DNA of 62,150 nt, counting the filler, from Bacteriovoracaceae bacterium (GTDB lineage: Bacteria; Bdellovibrionota; Bacteriovoracia; Bacteriovoracales; Bacteriovoracaceae), in assembly GCA_018649885.1 (NCBI GenBank). It is 3 parts of 3 records of this genome, joined end to end, with 100 filler letters (N's around TTAATTAATTAA, not from the genome) between each part and the next. Parts side by side here need not be neighbours in the genome. Positions count along the whole stretch, not along the records: positions 30,738 to 62,150 come from JABIHA010000071.1; 2 more parts are not named here. One strand, 5' to 3'. The number at the start of each line of letters is the position of its first letter. The first letter of the stretch is position 1. The notes beneath the pieces are model-generated. The model was not told the DNA's origin, ran no database searches, and saw only the letters and a list, made by a program, of their open reading frames with translations. The position numbers were made by a program, and so were the translations under genes. Positions 48,209 through 57,123 of the stretch are shown piece after piece.

Positions 48209-48241
48209 ATTGCAGACTCCGTATATCTGTCCTCATTAAAA

Positions 48242-50869
48242 CTATGGTGTTACTTTTGTTGCCTCTTTAATAATGTATTCACACTGATAATTAATTGAAT
48301 AAGATTTTGTATCAGTAGGACACTTATCATGATCTACAGGGTTTTTTCCAAACATTACCCATGGGAAGTTTGACCCATAAAGCGTTGCAAGAAGCCTAAC
48401 ATCGCTAATTTGATTTTCCCTGACACTGATATATCTCATAGGCCGTGCCAGCATATAAAGAGGGGTAAGATTTTTAATTAGATTGCCATCAATATTAAGA
48501 ACATCAAGCCCTTTAAAATCTATCACATCGGCCAAACTTTCAATGGCATTTTCATTCAATGTTAATGACTCAAGGGCCTTGAATTTTTGAAGATTTGAAA
48601 ACCTTGTAAGGCCAGTGTTTGAAAGACTTAAGGTTTTTAAAGAAGTATTTTCCTTTAAGTTCATTGTGCCTAGATTTCCAATGGAGTTTGAATCTAAATT
48701 AATATCTACAATACCTGTCGCCGTATCTAGACCCTTTAATGATTTAATTAGGTTGGCGCCCAGTTTTAAATATCTTAGGTTTTTAAAACCACTCAGGCCA
48801 GAAAGGCTTGGCACTAAGTTACCGTTTAAGCTAACAGTATAAAGCACTGTGTTTTTGTATAACGGACTTAAATCAGTAATTAAATTATTGTCTAGTCCTA
48901 AATATTTAATAGTGCGGTTTGTTTCAATCCCCTCGAGGGAAGGGATTTGATTGTTACTTAGATAAAGTGAAGTAAGAGTATGGTTTCTCTTGATTCCGCT
49001 TATACTTTTTATCAAATTGCCGCTTAAATTAATGCTTCTCAATATTGATACTGCTTCGAAATGATCTAAATTTTGAACTTTATTATTTGCCAGTTTCACA
49101 TATCTAAGTGATGGGTGGTTACCAATGCCGTTTATATTGGCAGCTACGTTTTTATCTGCATACAGTGAAACAAGGGTCGTTAAGTTTCTTAGAGCGGAAA
49201 AATCACCTATTAAATTCTGATTAAGATTTATATTTTCAATGGAATCATTTTTTCCAATAGTAGATATATTACCTGTCGTTTCTCCGATTTTATTTTCGCT
49301 AAAGTTAGCACTGTAAAGAGAGGGGTATTCTGATAAATTAGGCATCACTTTTATTTTGTTTTTTTCTAAACTTAAACTTCTTAAATTAACAAGATTTTTT
49401 AAATTATCGATACTTCTAATTTTATTTTTACCAGCATAAATATATTTTAAATATGGAAGTCCCGAAAGGCCTCCAATATCTTGCAGTTTAAGTTTCTCTA
49501 TAGAAATAGAGCCCAAAAGTGTTAATTTTGATAAATTTGGGAGAGAGCCCAGCTCCTTGTTATTTGAAAAACTGAGGTATTTTAAAGTTGATAGTTCTTT
49601 AATTGAATCAATATTGACAAGAAAATTTTTGCTAGCACTAAGGGTTTCAATTGAGCTTAGACTTTCTAGTCCATTCAAATTGGGCAGGGTATTTTCGTTT
49701 AAATTCAGCCTTTTCAAGTTAACTAAGTTTTTTAGATTGGAAACACTGGTGAGTAAGTTTTTGTTTAAATCTAACCTCGTCAGCTTCTTAAGTGAAAGTA
49801 GGGTTATCAGGGAAGAGACTTTGTTATCTGATAAATCCAGCTCTTCAAGGTTTATAAGACTTTCAAGAGGAGATAAAGTGATTATTCCATTTCCTGTAAG
49901 GTCTAGTTTTGTAAGGCCCGTCAGACCCGAGAGTTTACTTAGATTTGTCGCCGAATTCTGAGTAATACCAAGTTTTTTTAAATTGATGAGCTTTTCAATT
50001 CCCGATAGATCAGAAAGATCATTTTTAAAAAGTGTAAGTGTTTCGAGAGCAATGTTTTTGGTTAGAAAATTCAAATTCTGCAATTTGTGACCGTATAGTC
50101 TCAACTTTTTAAGATGAGTCAATCCGTTAAGTGTTTCGAGTCTTAAGTTTGGAGTATTATAAAAATAGATACTTTCAAGTTTCGGCAGTGTATGCAAAGG
50201 CGTCAAATCGGCCACTTTAGTATAGGCCAAGTTGAGGTGGGTTAAATTAACAAGGGTTTTAAGCGGAGCCAAGTCTTCTATCGCAGTTTGACGAATGTTG
50301 AGAATCTCAAGTGTGGTAATTTTAGGAATAATTGCCAGCTGAACTAAAGAAATTTCTGAAACATCAAGATCTTTTAGGTTGGGAAGTGAAAGTAGAGGTG
50401 AGAAATCCACAATGGGGTTGTCATCAATATCTAACTCTTCAATTTTTTTAAGTGAGCGTATGGGTGCAATACTTGTGATATTGTTTTGATCAATATCAAG
50501 CCATGTCAAATTTACTAAAGAGCTTAGAGGGGAGATATCTTCAATATTTCCTTCTTCAAGATGGAGCTCTTCGAGCTGAGTAAAAAATGAAAAGGGACGA
50601 AGATCTTTCATTTGGTTTGAATCCATATGAATGACCTTAGTGTTGTTCAAGTAATCAAAGGCGATTTTACATCGCCTGGCCTGGTCTTTTACCTTGTAAC
50701 CTTCAGGGAAAAAACTCACGCCGTAGTTTTCAAGCCTGTGAACCGTATATTGAAGTTCGGCCTGCAGATTGGCCTGGTCGTTACACCATTTTTCGAAAGG
50801 GTTAGATGTCTGAGCAAAGGCACACGTACTAAAAGCCGCAACATAGGAAATGTACAAGAATTTTTTCAT
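48242..50869 (-). CDS. Secreted leucine-rich repeat (internalin/SDS22-like) protein
   Basis: About 30-35 repeats of 22 aa (LxxLxLxxNxIxDLxxL), Cys caps at both ends and a signal peptide. Confidence 0.93.
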   Translation of the reverse strand: MKKFLYISYVAAFSTCAFAQTSNPFEKWCNDQANLQAELQYTVHRLENYGVSFFPEGYKVKDQARRCKIAFDYLNNTKVIHMDSNQMKDLRPFSFFTQLEELHLEEGNIEDISPLSSLVNLTWLDIDQNNITSIAPIRSLKKIEELDIDDNPIVDFSPLLSLPNLKDLDVSEISLVQLAIIPKITTLEILNIRQTAIEDLAPLKTLVNLTHLNLAYTKVADLTPLHTLPKLESIYFYNTPNLRLETLNGLTHLKKLRLYGHKLQNLNFLTKNIALETLTLFKNDLSDLSGIEKLINLKKLGITQNSATNLSKLSGLTGLTKLDLTGNGIITLSPLESLINLEELDLSDNKVSSLITLLSLKKLTRLDLNKNLLTSVSNLKNLVNLKRLNLNENTLPNLNGLESLSSIETLSASKNFLVNIDSIKELSTLKYLSFSNNKELGSLPNLSKLTLLGSISIEKLKLQDIGGLSGLPYLKYIYAGKNKIRSIDNLKNLVNLRSLSLEKNKIKVMPNLSEYPSLYSANFSENKIGETTGNISTIGKNDSIENINLNQNLIGDFSALRNLTTLVSLYADKNVAANINGIGNHPSLRYVKLANNKVQNLDHFEAVSILRSINLSGNLIKSISGIKRNHTLTSLYLSNNQIPSLEGIETNRTIKYLGLDNNLITDLSPLYKNTVLYTVSLNGNLVPSLSGLSGFKNLRYLKLGANLIKSLKGLDTATGIVDINLDSNSIGNLGTMNLKENTSLKTLSLSNTGLTRFSNLQKFKALESLTLNENAIESLADVIDFKGLDVLNIDGNLIKNLTPLYMLARPMRYISVRENQISDVRLLATLYGSNFPWVMFGKNPVDHDKCPTDTKSYSINYQCEYIIKEATKVTP

Positions 50870-51020
50870 GAATACCCCATTAGCAAAATTAGGCGATGAA
50901 ACCTGGCTAACATCTTATAATTAATAACCGTTAACACATAGCATAAAATCCAATATGAATGAAGCGTTCCACAAAATTTTCATGGGGTTTTACTAATAAA
51001 AGTACAAAGTAATGTATTAA

Positions 51021-51665
51021 TTACAGGTGAGTCTCACCTTTCCAGATAGCAGATCCACGAGCATTTTTCCATGAATCCCTCGAGACAATTCTTCCAAGGT
51101 AGGCCTTTACAAATTTCCACTCACCGCTATCAACTAAAATATTTTCATTAAGCATGGCAATGACTACTCCTAAAGAGCAGTCAACTAAGCTAAACTTATC
51201 TCCCATCATGAATTGATTATTCTCTAGGTGATTATTGAGATGATCTAGTGTCCATTCAACACGGTCGATCTTACCTTGAATTTCACTCTTACTTTTTGGC
51301 TCAAGGCCAAGTTTCGGCATTACAAAATCATTAAACCAAACAGCGCCATAGCATGCGGCCATTTGAGTCGCTTCGAAAAATAACCACTCCAGCGCACTGG
51401 CCTCAAAGATAGGATTAGAAGGCCAAAGCTCTCCTCCATATTCTTTGCCAAGATAGGCCAAAATAGCATTTGACTCTCTTAACAGCATATTTCCATCTTC
51501 AAGGACGGGAACTTTTCCAAGCGGATTAATTTTAAGAAACGATGGGCCCTGCTGCTGCCTTTCAAACAATTTGATTTCAGTATTCTCATATTCGAGACCA
51601 AGCTCCTGTAGTGCCATTCGGACTTTTAGAGGGTTTGGTGAGGGATCAAAGTTGTAAAGGCGCAT
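51021..51665 (-). CDS. Glutathione S-transferase
   Basis: SPNPLKVRMAL, KINPLGKVPVL..ESNAIL.YL and FSLVD. Confidence 0.93.
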   Translation of the reverse strand: MRLYNFDPSPNPLKVRMALQELGLEYENTEIKLFERQQQGPSFLKINPLGKVPVLEDGNMLLRESNAILAYLGKEYGGELWPSNPIFEASALEWLFFEATQMAACYGAVWFNDFVMPKLGLEPKSKSEIQGKIDRVEWTLDHLNNHLENNQFMMGDKFSLVDCSLGVVIAMLNENILVDSGEWKFVKAYLGRIVSRDSWKNARGSAIWKGETHL

Positions 51666-51948
51666 AGACTATCTCCAGTAGCCGCATAGTCGCATAGAAC
51701 AGGTGACAATGATAAGTTTTATTTTTTGGCCAGGGTCAGAGTGACACCTTCTAGTTCCTTTGAAACTGTAAGCTGCGAGGCTTATTTCTTACTTCTAAAC
51801 AAAATCTTCAGCACTTACCACATTACAAAATATGACAAGAAGTCAGGGTGCAAAAAACGCCTTGCGCCATGTTTGATCTTTTGAGTCAGGCAGGGCATTT
51901 CAGAGTTATTGGATAAACAACAATCGATAATTTTCGACGGGAGAAGTA

Positions 51949-53157
51949 ATGCAAACAAGTGTTTTAAAGCAATTGATTGTCACCCTGGTATTAGCTATAG
52001 GTCTGACCACATGGACAGACGCTTTCGCTAAACAAGGCCGTGGCAGAAATGGTGGTAACCGGGGTAGCGCAAAATCTGCAAAACGCGGTGCTAACAAAGG
52101 TGGAAGTACAAGAGCTGCAAACCGTGGTGGTAATAGAGGTGGAAGTACGAGACCTGCAAACCGTGGTGGTAATAGAGGTGGAAGTACGAGACCTGCAAAG
52201 CGCGGTGGTAATAGAGGTGGAAGTACGAGACCTGCAAAGCGCGGTGGTAATAGAGGAAGTGCAAGACCTGGACGTAAAGGACCGAGTACAAGACCTGGAC
52301 GTAAAGGACCGAGTACAAGACCTGGACGCAAAGGACCGAGTACAAGGCCTGGACGTAAAGGACCAAGTACAAGACCTGGACGTAGAGGACCGAGTACAAG
52401 ACCTGGACGTAAAGGACCAAGTACCAGACCTGGACGTAGAGGACCAAGTACAAGACCTGGACGTAAGGGCCCAAGTACAAGACCTGGACGTAAGGGACCA
52501 AGTACAAGACCTGGACGTAGAGGACCAAGTACAAGACCTGGACGTAGAGGACCAAGTACAAGACCTGGACGTAAAGGCCCACACACAAGACCTGGACGTA
52601 AAGGACCACGCACAAGACCTGGACGTAAGGGACCGCACACAAGACCTGGACGTAAGGGACCACACACAAGACCTGGACGTAAAGGACCACACACAAGACG
52701 TGGCCGAAGAAATGGTCACATCCACAGAAGACATGCAAGAGGACCATGGCGTTCTTACAAGCATAGAGCTCCTGCAAGAAATCACAGACATTACCGACAC
52801 GTTGGTAGTCACCACAATAGATGGCACAGAAGTCACTACTACTGGAGATCAGTTCCTAGAACTTACTGGTGGAATAGCTGGATTTTATACCCAGTTCCAA
52901 GTTACACCGTGGGCTACTATGTTTTTGATGGCTACCCATACTATGTGTACAACGGTTACAGACACCGTTACTCATCAGTTGATTTATGTGATTACGATCT
53001 CGTAGATAGCTACTCTGATACAGTTGAGAGCTCATACTACGGACGTAGCTGTTCTACTGCATACGACAAGTGTGCTTGGGATAGAGACTTGTACAATGAT
53101 CAGGAAACTGATTACCGTTACTTTTGTGCAGAAAAAGTCGACAGATCTTACTTATAA
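51949..53157 (+). CDS. Secreted Arg/Gly/Pro-rich tandem-repeat protein with a His/Trp/Tyr-rich, Cys-containing C-terminal domain
   Basis: GGGAG RBS, signal peptide ending in AFA, non-repetitive flanks in this frame and a downstream terminator. Confidence 0.85.
   Translation: MQTSVLKQLIVTLVLAIGLTTWTDAFAKQGRGRNGGNRGSAKSAKRGANKGGSTRAANRGGNRGGSTRPANRGGNRGGSTRPAKRGGNRGGSTRPAKRGGNRGSARPGRKGPSTRPGRKGPSTRPGRKGPSTRPGRKGPSTRPGRRGPSTRPGRKGPSTRPGRRGPSTRPGRKGPSTRPGRKGPSTRPGRRGPSTRPGRRGPSTRPGRKGPHTRPGRKGPRTRPGRKGPHTRPGRKGPHTRPGRKGPHTRRGRRNGHIHRRHARGPWRSYKHRAPARNHRHYRHVGSHHNRWHRSHYYWRSVPRTYWWNSWILYPVPSYTVGYYVFDGYPYYVYNGYRHRYSSVDLCDYDLVDSYSDTVESSYYGRSCSTAYDKCAWDRDLYNDQETDYRYFCAEKVDRSYL
52081..52257 (+). repeat. 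Coding tandem repeat, 39-bp unit (KRGGNRGGSTRPA), about 4.5 copies
   Basis: Units start at 52081, 52120, 52159, 52198 and (partial) 52237. Confidence 0.9.
52258..52689 (+). repeat. Coding tandem repeat, 27-bp unit (STRPGR[K/R]GP), 16 copies
   Basis: AGTACAAGACCTGGACGTAAAGGACC(A/G) repeated, mostly with synonymous variation in the 51949 frame. Confidence 0.95.
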
Positions 53158-53167
53158 TTTAAGCATA

Positions 53168-53200
53168 GGCCAGGGCATTTTCAGCCCTGGCCCTCTTGTT
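53168..53200 (+). terminator. Terminator-like hairpin
   Basis: GGCCAGGGC-ATTTTCA-GCCCTGGCC followed by CTCTTGTT. Confidence 0.65.
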
Positions 53201-53222
53201 CTAATTATCTTAATATAAGCCC

Positions 53223-53657
53223 ATGATAACTGAATTTACACCTGGAGCCTCATTTTTAGGCGGATTAACCATAGGCCTTGCAGCCGGTCTACTACTTTTA
53301 CTCAACGGAAAAATTGCCGGCATCAGCGGAATTATTGGTGGCCTTTTTGGTAAATTTTTTGGAGAAGACAAATTGTGGCGATACCTATTTTTACTTGGCC
53401 TGATAATTGGTGGGTTCATTTGTATTAATCTTATTCCTCAGCAAACAGCAAAAGATATTCATTTTGATACAGCTTGGGTCATTGCTGCAGGTCTTTTTGT
53501 AGGAGTGGGAACATCTCTTGGAAGTGGTTGCACTAGCGGCCATGGAATTTGTGGACTTGCAAGATTTTCTAAGAGATCAATTGTGGCGACACTGACATTT
53601 ATGGGAAGTGGCTTCCTCACAACTTACATCCTCAAAATTTTGGGGGTGAGCATATGA
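53223..53657 (+). CDS. YeeE/YedE (sulfur-compound transporter) family protein
   Basis: NGKIAGISGI and GSGCTSGHGICGLARFSKRS. Confidence 0.92.
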   Translation: MITEFTPGASFLGGLTIGLAAGLLLLLNGKIAGISGIIGGLFGKFFGEDKLWRYLFLLGLIIGGFICINLIPQQTAKDIHFDTAWVIAAGLFVGVGTSLGSGCTSGHGICGLARFSKRSIVATLTFMGSGFLTTYILKILGVSI

Positions 53658-54061
53658 AGAATCTCAGTGCACTCATCTGTGGAGTACTTTTTTCAGTGGG
53701 ACTTGGAGTCTCCGGAATGATGAATCCCCACAAAGTGAAAAATTTTTTAGATATTACCGGAAATTTTGATCCCAGCCTGGCCTTTGTTATGGGGGGGGCT
53801 CTTTTAGTTTCTGCACTCATTTTTCGAATTACCTTAAAAATGGAAAAACCTTTATTAGCCGAAAGCTTTGCCCTTCCCGATTGCAAACAAATTACAGGTA
53901 AGTTGGTTTTGGGCTCTGCCCTGTTTGGAATTGGTTGGGCCATAGCAGGAATATGTCCTGGACCTGCCTATGCAAATGCCGGGGTTTGGACCCCCAGCAT
54001 AATTTACTTTATAGTCTCTATGAACTTCGGAATGGGCATCATAAAACTTGCAAAACTTTAG
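53654..54061 (+). CDS. YeeE/YedE-associated membrane protein (DUF6691-like)
   Basis: GMMNPHKVKNFLD, DPSLAFVMGGA and GIGWAIAGICPGP. Confidence 0.9.
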   Translation: MKNLSALICGVLFSVGLGVSGMMNPHKVKNFLDITGNFDPSLAFVMGGALLVSALIFRITLKMEKPLLAESFALPDCKQITGKLVLGSALFGIGWAIAGICPGPAYANAGVWTPSIIYFIVSMNFGMGIIKLAKL

Positions 54062-54062
54062 C

Positions 54063-55211
54063 TTAAGGCCTTGCTAGATATTTCTTAGCGAGATTAAGCT
54101 GATAATCGAATCCACTTTCGCCATTTTGATTTGGAATCACAATATCCGGAGTGATTCCACTAATATCCCATGTCTGCCCATTTGCATCAAAGAGCTTACC
54201 AACAGTGTATTTAACAGTGTGCCCACTATCTAGCTCTAAGAGAGTTTCCATAGTTGCCTTGCCGTAGGATTTCTCCCCTATAATTGTTGAATTTCCAAAA
54301 CTTTTTAAGGCCATGGCGATGGCCTCGCCCATAGATTTAGTGTCTCTTCCAATAATGAGCGCAATATTAAATCCGAGACCTATACCATCGCGATCGGCCT
54401 TCAATTTCTCTACTTTAGCTTTTGAATATTTCGCGGTTAGAACTGTCTGCCCCTTTTTGGCAAAGAGTTTTGCAGCTTTGACCCCCTCATCAAAAATCCC
54501 CCCCTGATTGCCCCTTAAATCAATGACAAGAGATTTTACATTCTTTGATTTCAACTTTTTCAAAATATCTTCTAATTTTCCAGCTGTCTTCTTGTTAAAG
54601 TAACTAAGTCTAATATGGGCCAAGTTACCTTCAATGCTTTCAAGTTCAGCTGCTTCCCAGTTGATTTTCTTTCTTTTTATACGTTTCACAAAAATGCTTT
54701 CATCTCTGAGTATAGTCAGCTTCACATTAGTATTTGTTTTGCCTCTAATTTTGTAGACAATGTCTCTAAAGGAATTCTCCTTAGATGTAGAGGCCCCCTC
54801 AATTTTTAAAATCTGATCACCCTTTTTCAACCCAGCTTTTTTGGCGCCTCCCTGAGTAAGTACTTTTTTAATAAGAGGATATTTTTGGCCTTTATCTTTT
54901 TCAAATTCCATCACCACACCAATTCCAGAAATCTCTCCTGCAATTTCACTTTTTAATTCATTGGCATTTCTGGGAGGTAGTAATATATTAGCGTCCCCCC
55001 TAAAAGACATTAATTTTTTGTCGACCTTGTTCTTACTTTCAATATGCTTGAGAACACCCTTTAGCGCCGCTTCATAAATCTCTTTGTCTGATAAATTGTG
55101 ATAATTTGTACTTTTAATTGTAGTCACTGTTTTTTCAAACAGGGACTTATCGATACTCTTTGAATACACATTTCCTATTAATAGAGTTAATAGTAATACC
55201 AACTTAGTCAT
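54063..55211 (-). CDS. S41 family C-terminal processing peptidase (PDZ plus catalytic domain)
   Basis: GEISGIG, GLKKGDQI, IDLRGNQGG, TKSMGE (Ser), SYGK (Lys) and GITPDI. ATG at 55211 (ORF track 55250). Confidence 0.9.
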   Translation of the reverse strand: MTKLVLLLTLLIGNVYSKSIDKSLFEKTVTTIKSTNYHNLSDKEIYEAALKGVLKHIESKNKVDKKLMSFRGDANILLPPRNANELKSEIAGEISGIGVVMEFEKDKGQKYPLIKKVLTQGGAKKAGLKKGDQILKIEGASTSKENSFRDIVYKIRGKTNTNVKLTILRDESIFVKRIKRKKINWEAAELESIEGNLAHIRLSYFNKKTAGKLEDILKKLKSKNVKSLVIDLRGNQGGIFDEGVKAAKLFAKKGQTVLTAKYSKAKVEKLKADRDGIGLGFNIALIIGRDTKSMGEAIAMALKSFGNSTIIGEKSYGKATMETLLELDSGHTVKYTVGKLFDANGQTWDISGITPDIVIPNQNGESGFDYQLNLAKKYLARP

Positions 55212-55221
55212 TTTGTTCTCC

Positions 55222-55596
55222 TTACATAAGTGATAAAAATTGCGACTCATCCCATCCCAGGGGTGAGCTCACTTTTTCACTAGTAACTTCGGCCGAAAAT
55301 TCACTATTTTGAAAAAGATCTAGTTTTGTTCCTGTAAATATGCCCATACAAAATACCACCGCAACAAATGCTACTCGTGGTAAAAGATAAAATGAGCGAG
55401 AGTGACCACCTAGCTTCGAAAATGATTTCACACTGGCAGTTTGAATCTCACTATAAATTGTGGTGATCTCACTAACACGCAGTCTAAGCTCACTAGAATT
55501 TTCAAGCATGGACTCAATCTTCTTTGAGTATTCAGCTGAAAGCTCTCCTTGAATAAAAGATAAAAGAGTTTCGTCTGTTAAATCTTTGCTATTCAT
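55222..55596 (-). CDS. Putative single-TM anti-sigma factor
   Basis: LLSFIQGELS..IESML ASD-like N-terminus and one TM. Overlaps the sigma stop. ATG at 55596 (ORF track 55638). Confidence 0.7.
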   Translation of the reverse strand: MNSKDLTDETLLSFIQGELSAEYSKKIESMLENSSELRLRVSEITTIYSEIQTASVKSFSKLGGHSRSFYLLPRVAFVAVVFCMGIFTGTKLDLFQNSEFSAEVTSEKVSSPLGWDESQFLSLM

Positions 55597-56059
55597 TGTG
55601 ATCCCTTTTAATAGACTTTCGAATTTTACAAAGCCCACTATTTATTCGGCTTTTAACAGTGCCTTCAGGAATACCGAGAACATCTGCAATTTCTGACGTT
55701 GTCAGCCCTTGTTGTATTTTTAAAATCAAAGCAATTCTCATGGGCGGTGGTAGCTTATTAAAATAAGCTGTCACCGAGTCAGCGGGGTCAAAGAAGGCCC
55801 GTGCACTCTGCTCCAAGTATTCTTTAAATCTCTCAGTTGCTTGATAGAATCTAGCACTTGCTCTTTTTTTATTGAGTGCCCGATTTCGCACTGCTTTAAA
55901 AAGATAGGCCCTTGATAAATTTTTATCTTGCCCCGATAAACATTCACAAAAGACCTCTTGGACAATGTCCTTAGCATCTTCATGATTTTTTAATATTGAG
56001 CCGGCAAAGGACACCAACCCACTCTCATTTAAATGAAAAAGCCGCTCTACACTACCCAT
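55589..56059 (-). CDS. ECF sigma-70 family RNA polymerase sigma factor
   Basis: DAKDIVQEVF, YLFKAVRNRALN and EIADVLGIPEGTVKSRI. ATG at 56059 (ORF track 56104). Confidence 0.92.
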   Translation of the reverse strand: MGSVERLFHLNESGLVSFAGSILKNHEDAKDIVQEVFCECLSGQDKNLSRAYLFKAVRNRALNKKRASARFYQATERFKEYLEQSARAFFDPADSVTAYFNKLPPPMRIALILKIQQGLTTSEIADVLGIPEGTVKSRINSGLCKIRKSIKRDHNE

Positions 56060-56094
56060 AGGTTTACTACACTTCCTTTTGCTTACACTAATAC

Positions 56095-56120
56095 AACACC
56101 TCAAATTGGTGAAAGGTTCA
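56095..56120 (-). promoter_or_regulatory. ECF-type promoter TGAACC-N16-TGTT (probably autoregulatory)
   Basis: Minus strand reads TGAACCtttcaccaatttgaggTGTT upstream of the sigma gene. Confidence 0.55.
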
Positions 56121-56221
56121 ATAAAAAATAAAAAATAATATTCCGAGCTATTTGCATTGTTTTTTTTGAGTGGATGCTAATTTCCTAAGGTGCTAGTATC
56201 TTGTGCAAAGAGGATGAAATA

Positions 56222-57121
56222 GTGAAACATTTCTATTGTGGGGAGAGCAAGTCCCCTATTATTATTTTGCATGGAGGCGCCGGACCACAGGACCCCAAAA
56301 CGGAGATCGTTGAGCAAACCACGAAAGATCTAGTGGATTTTGCCAATTCCTCTCTAAAAAATACCGGTGATGGGGCCATGTCGGTTGTGGCAGAAGCACT
56401 CCTGCTACTTGAGAAATCATCGTGCTTTAATGCCGGTTATGGAAGTGCCCTTCAAGCAGATGGTGTCGCCAGACTGAGTGCCTCAATAATGTCAGGAGAT
56501 ACTCAGAAATTCTCAGCAGTGGCCTCAGTGCCCTACCTAACCCATCCATCAAAGCTGGCAATTACACTCCAAGACAAAAGAAGTCGCGTGTTAACAATTC
56601 CAGGGGCAGAGCTATTAGCAAGAGAGCTAGGACTTGAAGTGAGCTCCTCTCTTGATGAAAGAAGAGTCGAAACTTGGGTTCAAAAACTAAAAGATAGTGT
56701 GGATATGGGTGATACAGTGGGATGTGTCTATTGGCACAACAACTCCCAACTCATAGCTGGATCGAGTACTGGAGGCAGGGGCTTTGAACGTCCCGGCCGC
56801 ATTAGCGACTCTGCCACTGTCGCCGGAAACTACTGCTCAAAATTCTTAGCTGTAACTGCCACCGGAATAGGCGAAGAAATTGTAGACGACGCTGTATGTG
56901 CAAAACTTGAAACTCGTGTCCGAGATGGAATGTCGCTAAAAGAAGCTGCGGCCAAGACTTTTGAAGAGGCCCTTGAAAAAAAGAGACAATACGGATGGAT
57001 TGCTATAGATCAAGAAGGTAACTGGAATGTGGCCTTTACTAGCAAAGGGATGTCTTTTGCAGTCTGTACTGCTGATGATACAATACTATCTTGGGCCCAG
57101 GTGGCCGGGAAGATCGATTAA
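56222..57121 (+). CDS. Isoaspartyl peptidase/L-asparaginase (Ntn hydrolase)
   Basis: ILHGGAG, FNAGYGS, GDTVGCV (Thr nucleophile), STGG..PGRISDS and TGIGE. GTG at 56222 (ORF track 56201). Confidence 0.9.
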   Translation: MKHFYCGESKSPIIILHGGAGPQDPKTEIVEQTTKDLVDFANSSLKNTGDGAMSVVAEALLLLEKSSCFNAGYGSALQADGVARLSASIMSGDTQKFSAVASVPYLTHPSKLAITLQDKRSRVLTIPGAELLARELGLEVSSSLDERRVETWVQKLKDSVDMGDTVGCVYWHNNSQLIAGSSTGGRGFERPGRISDSATVAGNYCSKFLAVTATGIGEEIVDDAVCAKLETRVRDGMSLKEAAAKTFEEALEKKRQYGWIAIDQEGNWNVAFTSKGMSFAVCTADDTILSWAQVAGKID

Positions 57122-57123
57122 TT

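Noticed and set aside
51906..53005. Four long alternative-frame ORFs over the 27-bp repeat (GPLRPGLVL, TSRSCTWS, VQDLDVKD, YVQVLYLVL)
   Set aside because: They stay open only because the repeat lacks stops. Variation is mostly synonymous in the 51949 frame, which alone has RBS, signal peptide and a terminator. It is not a CRISPR array.
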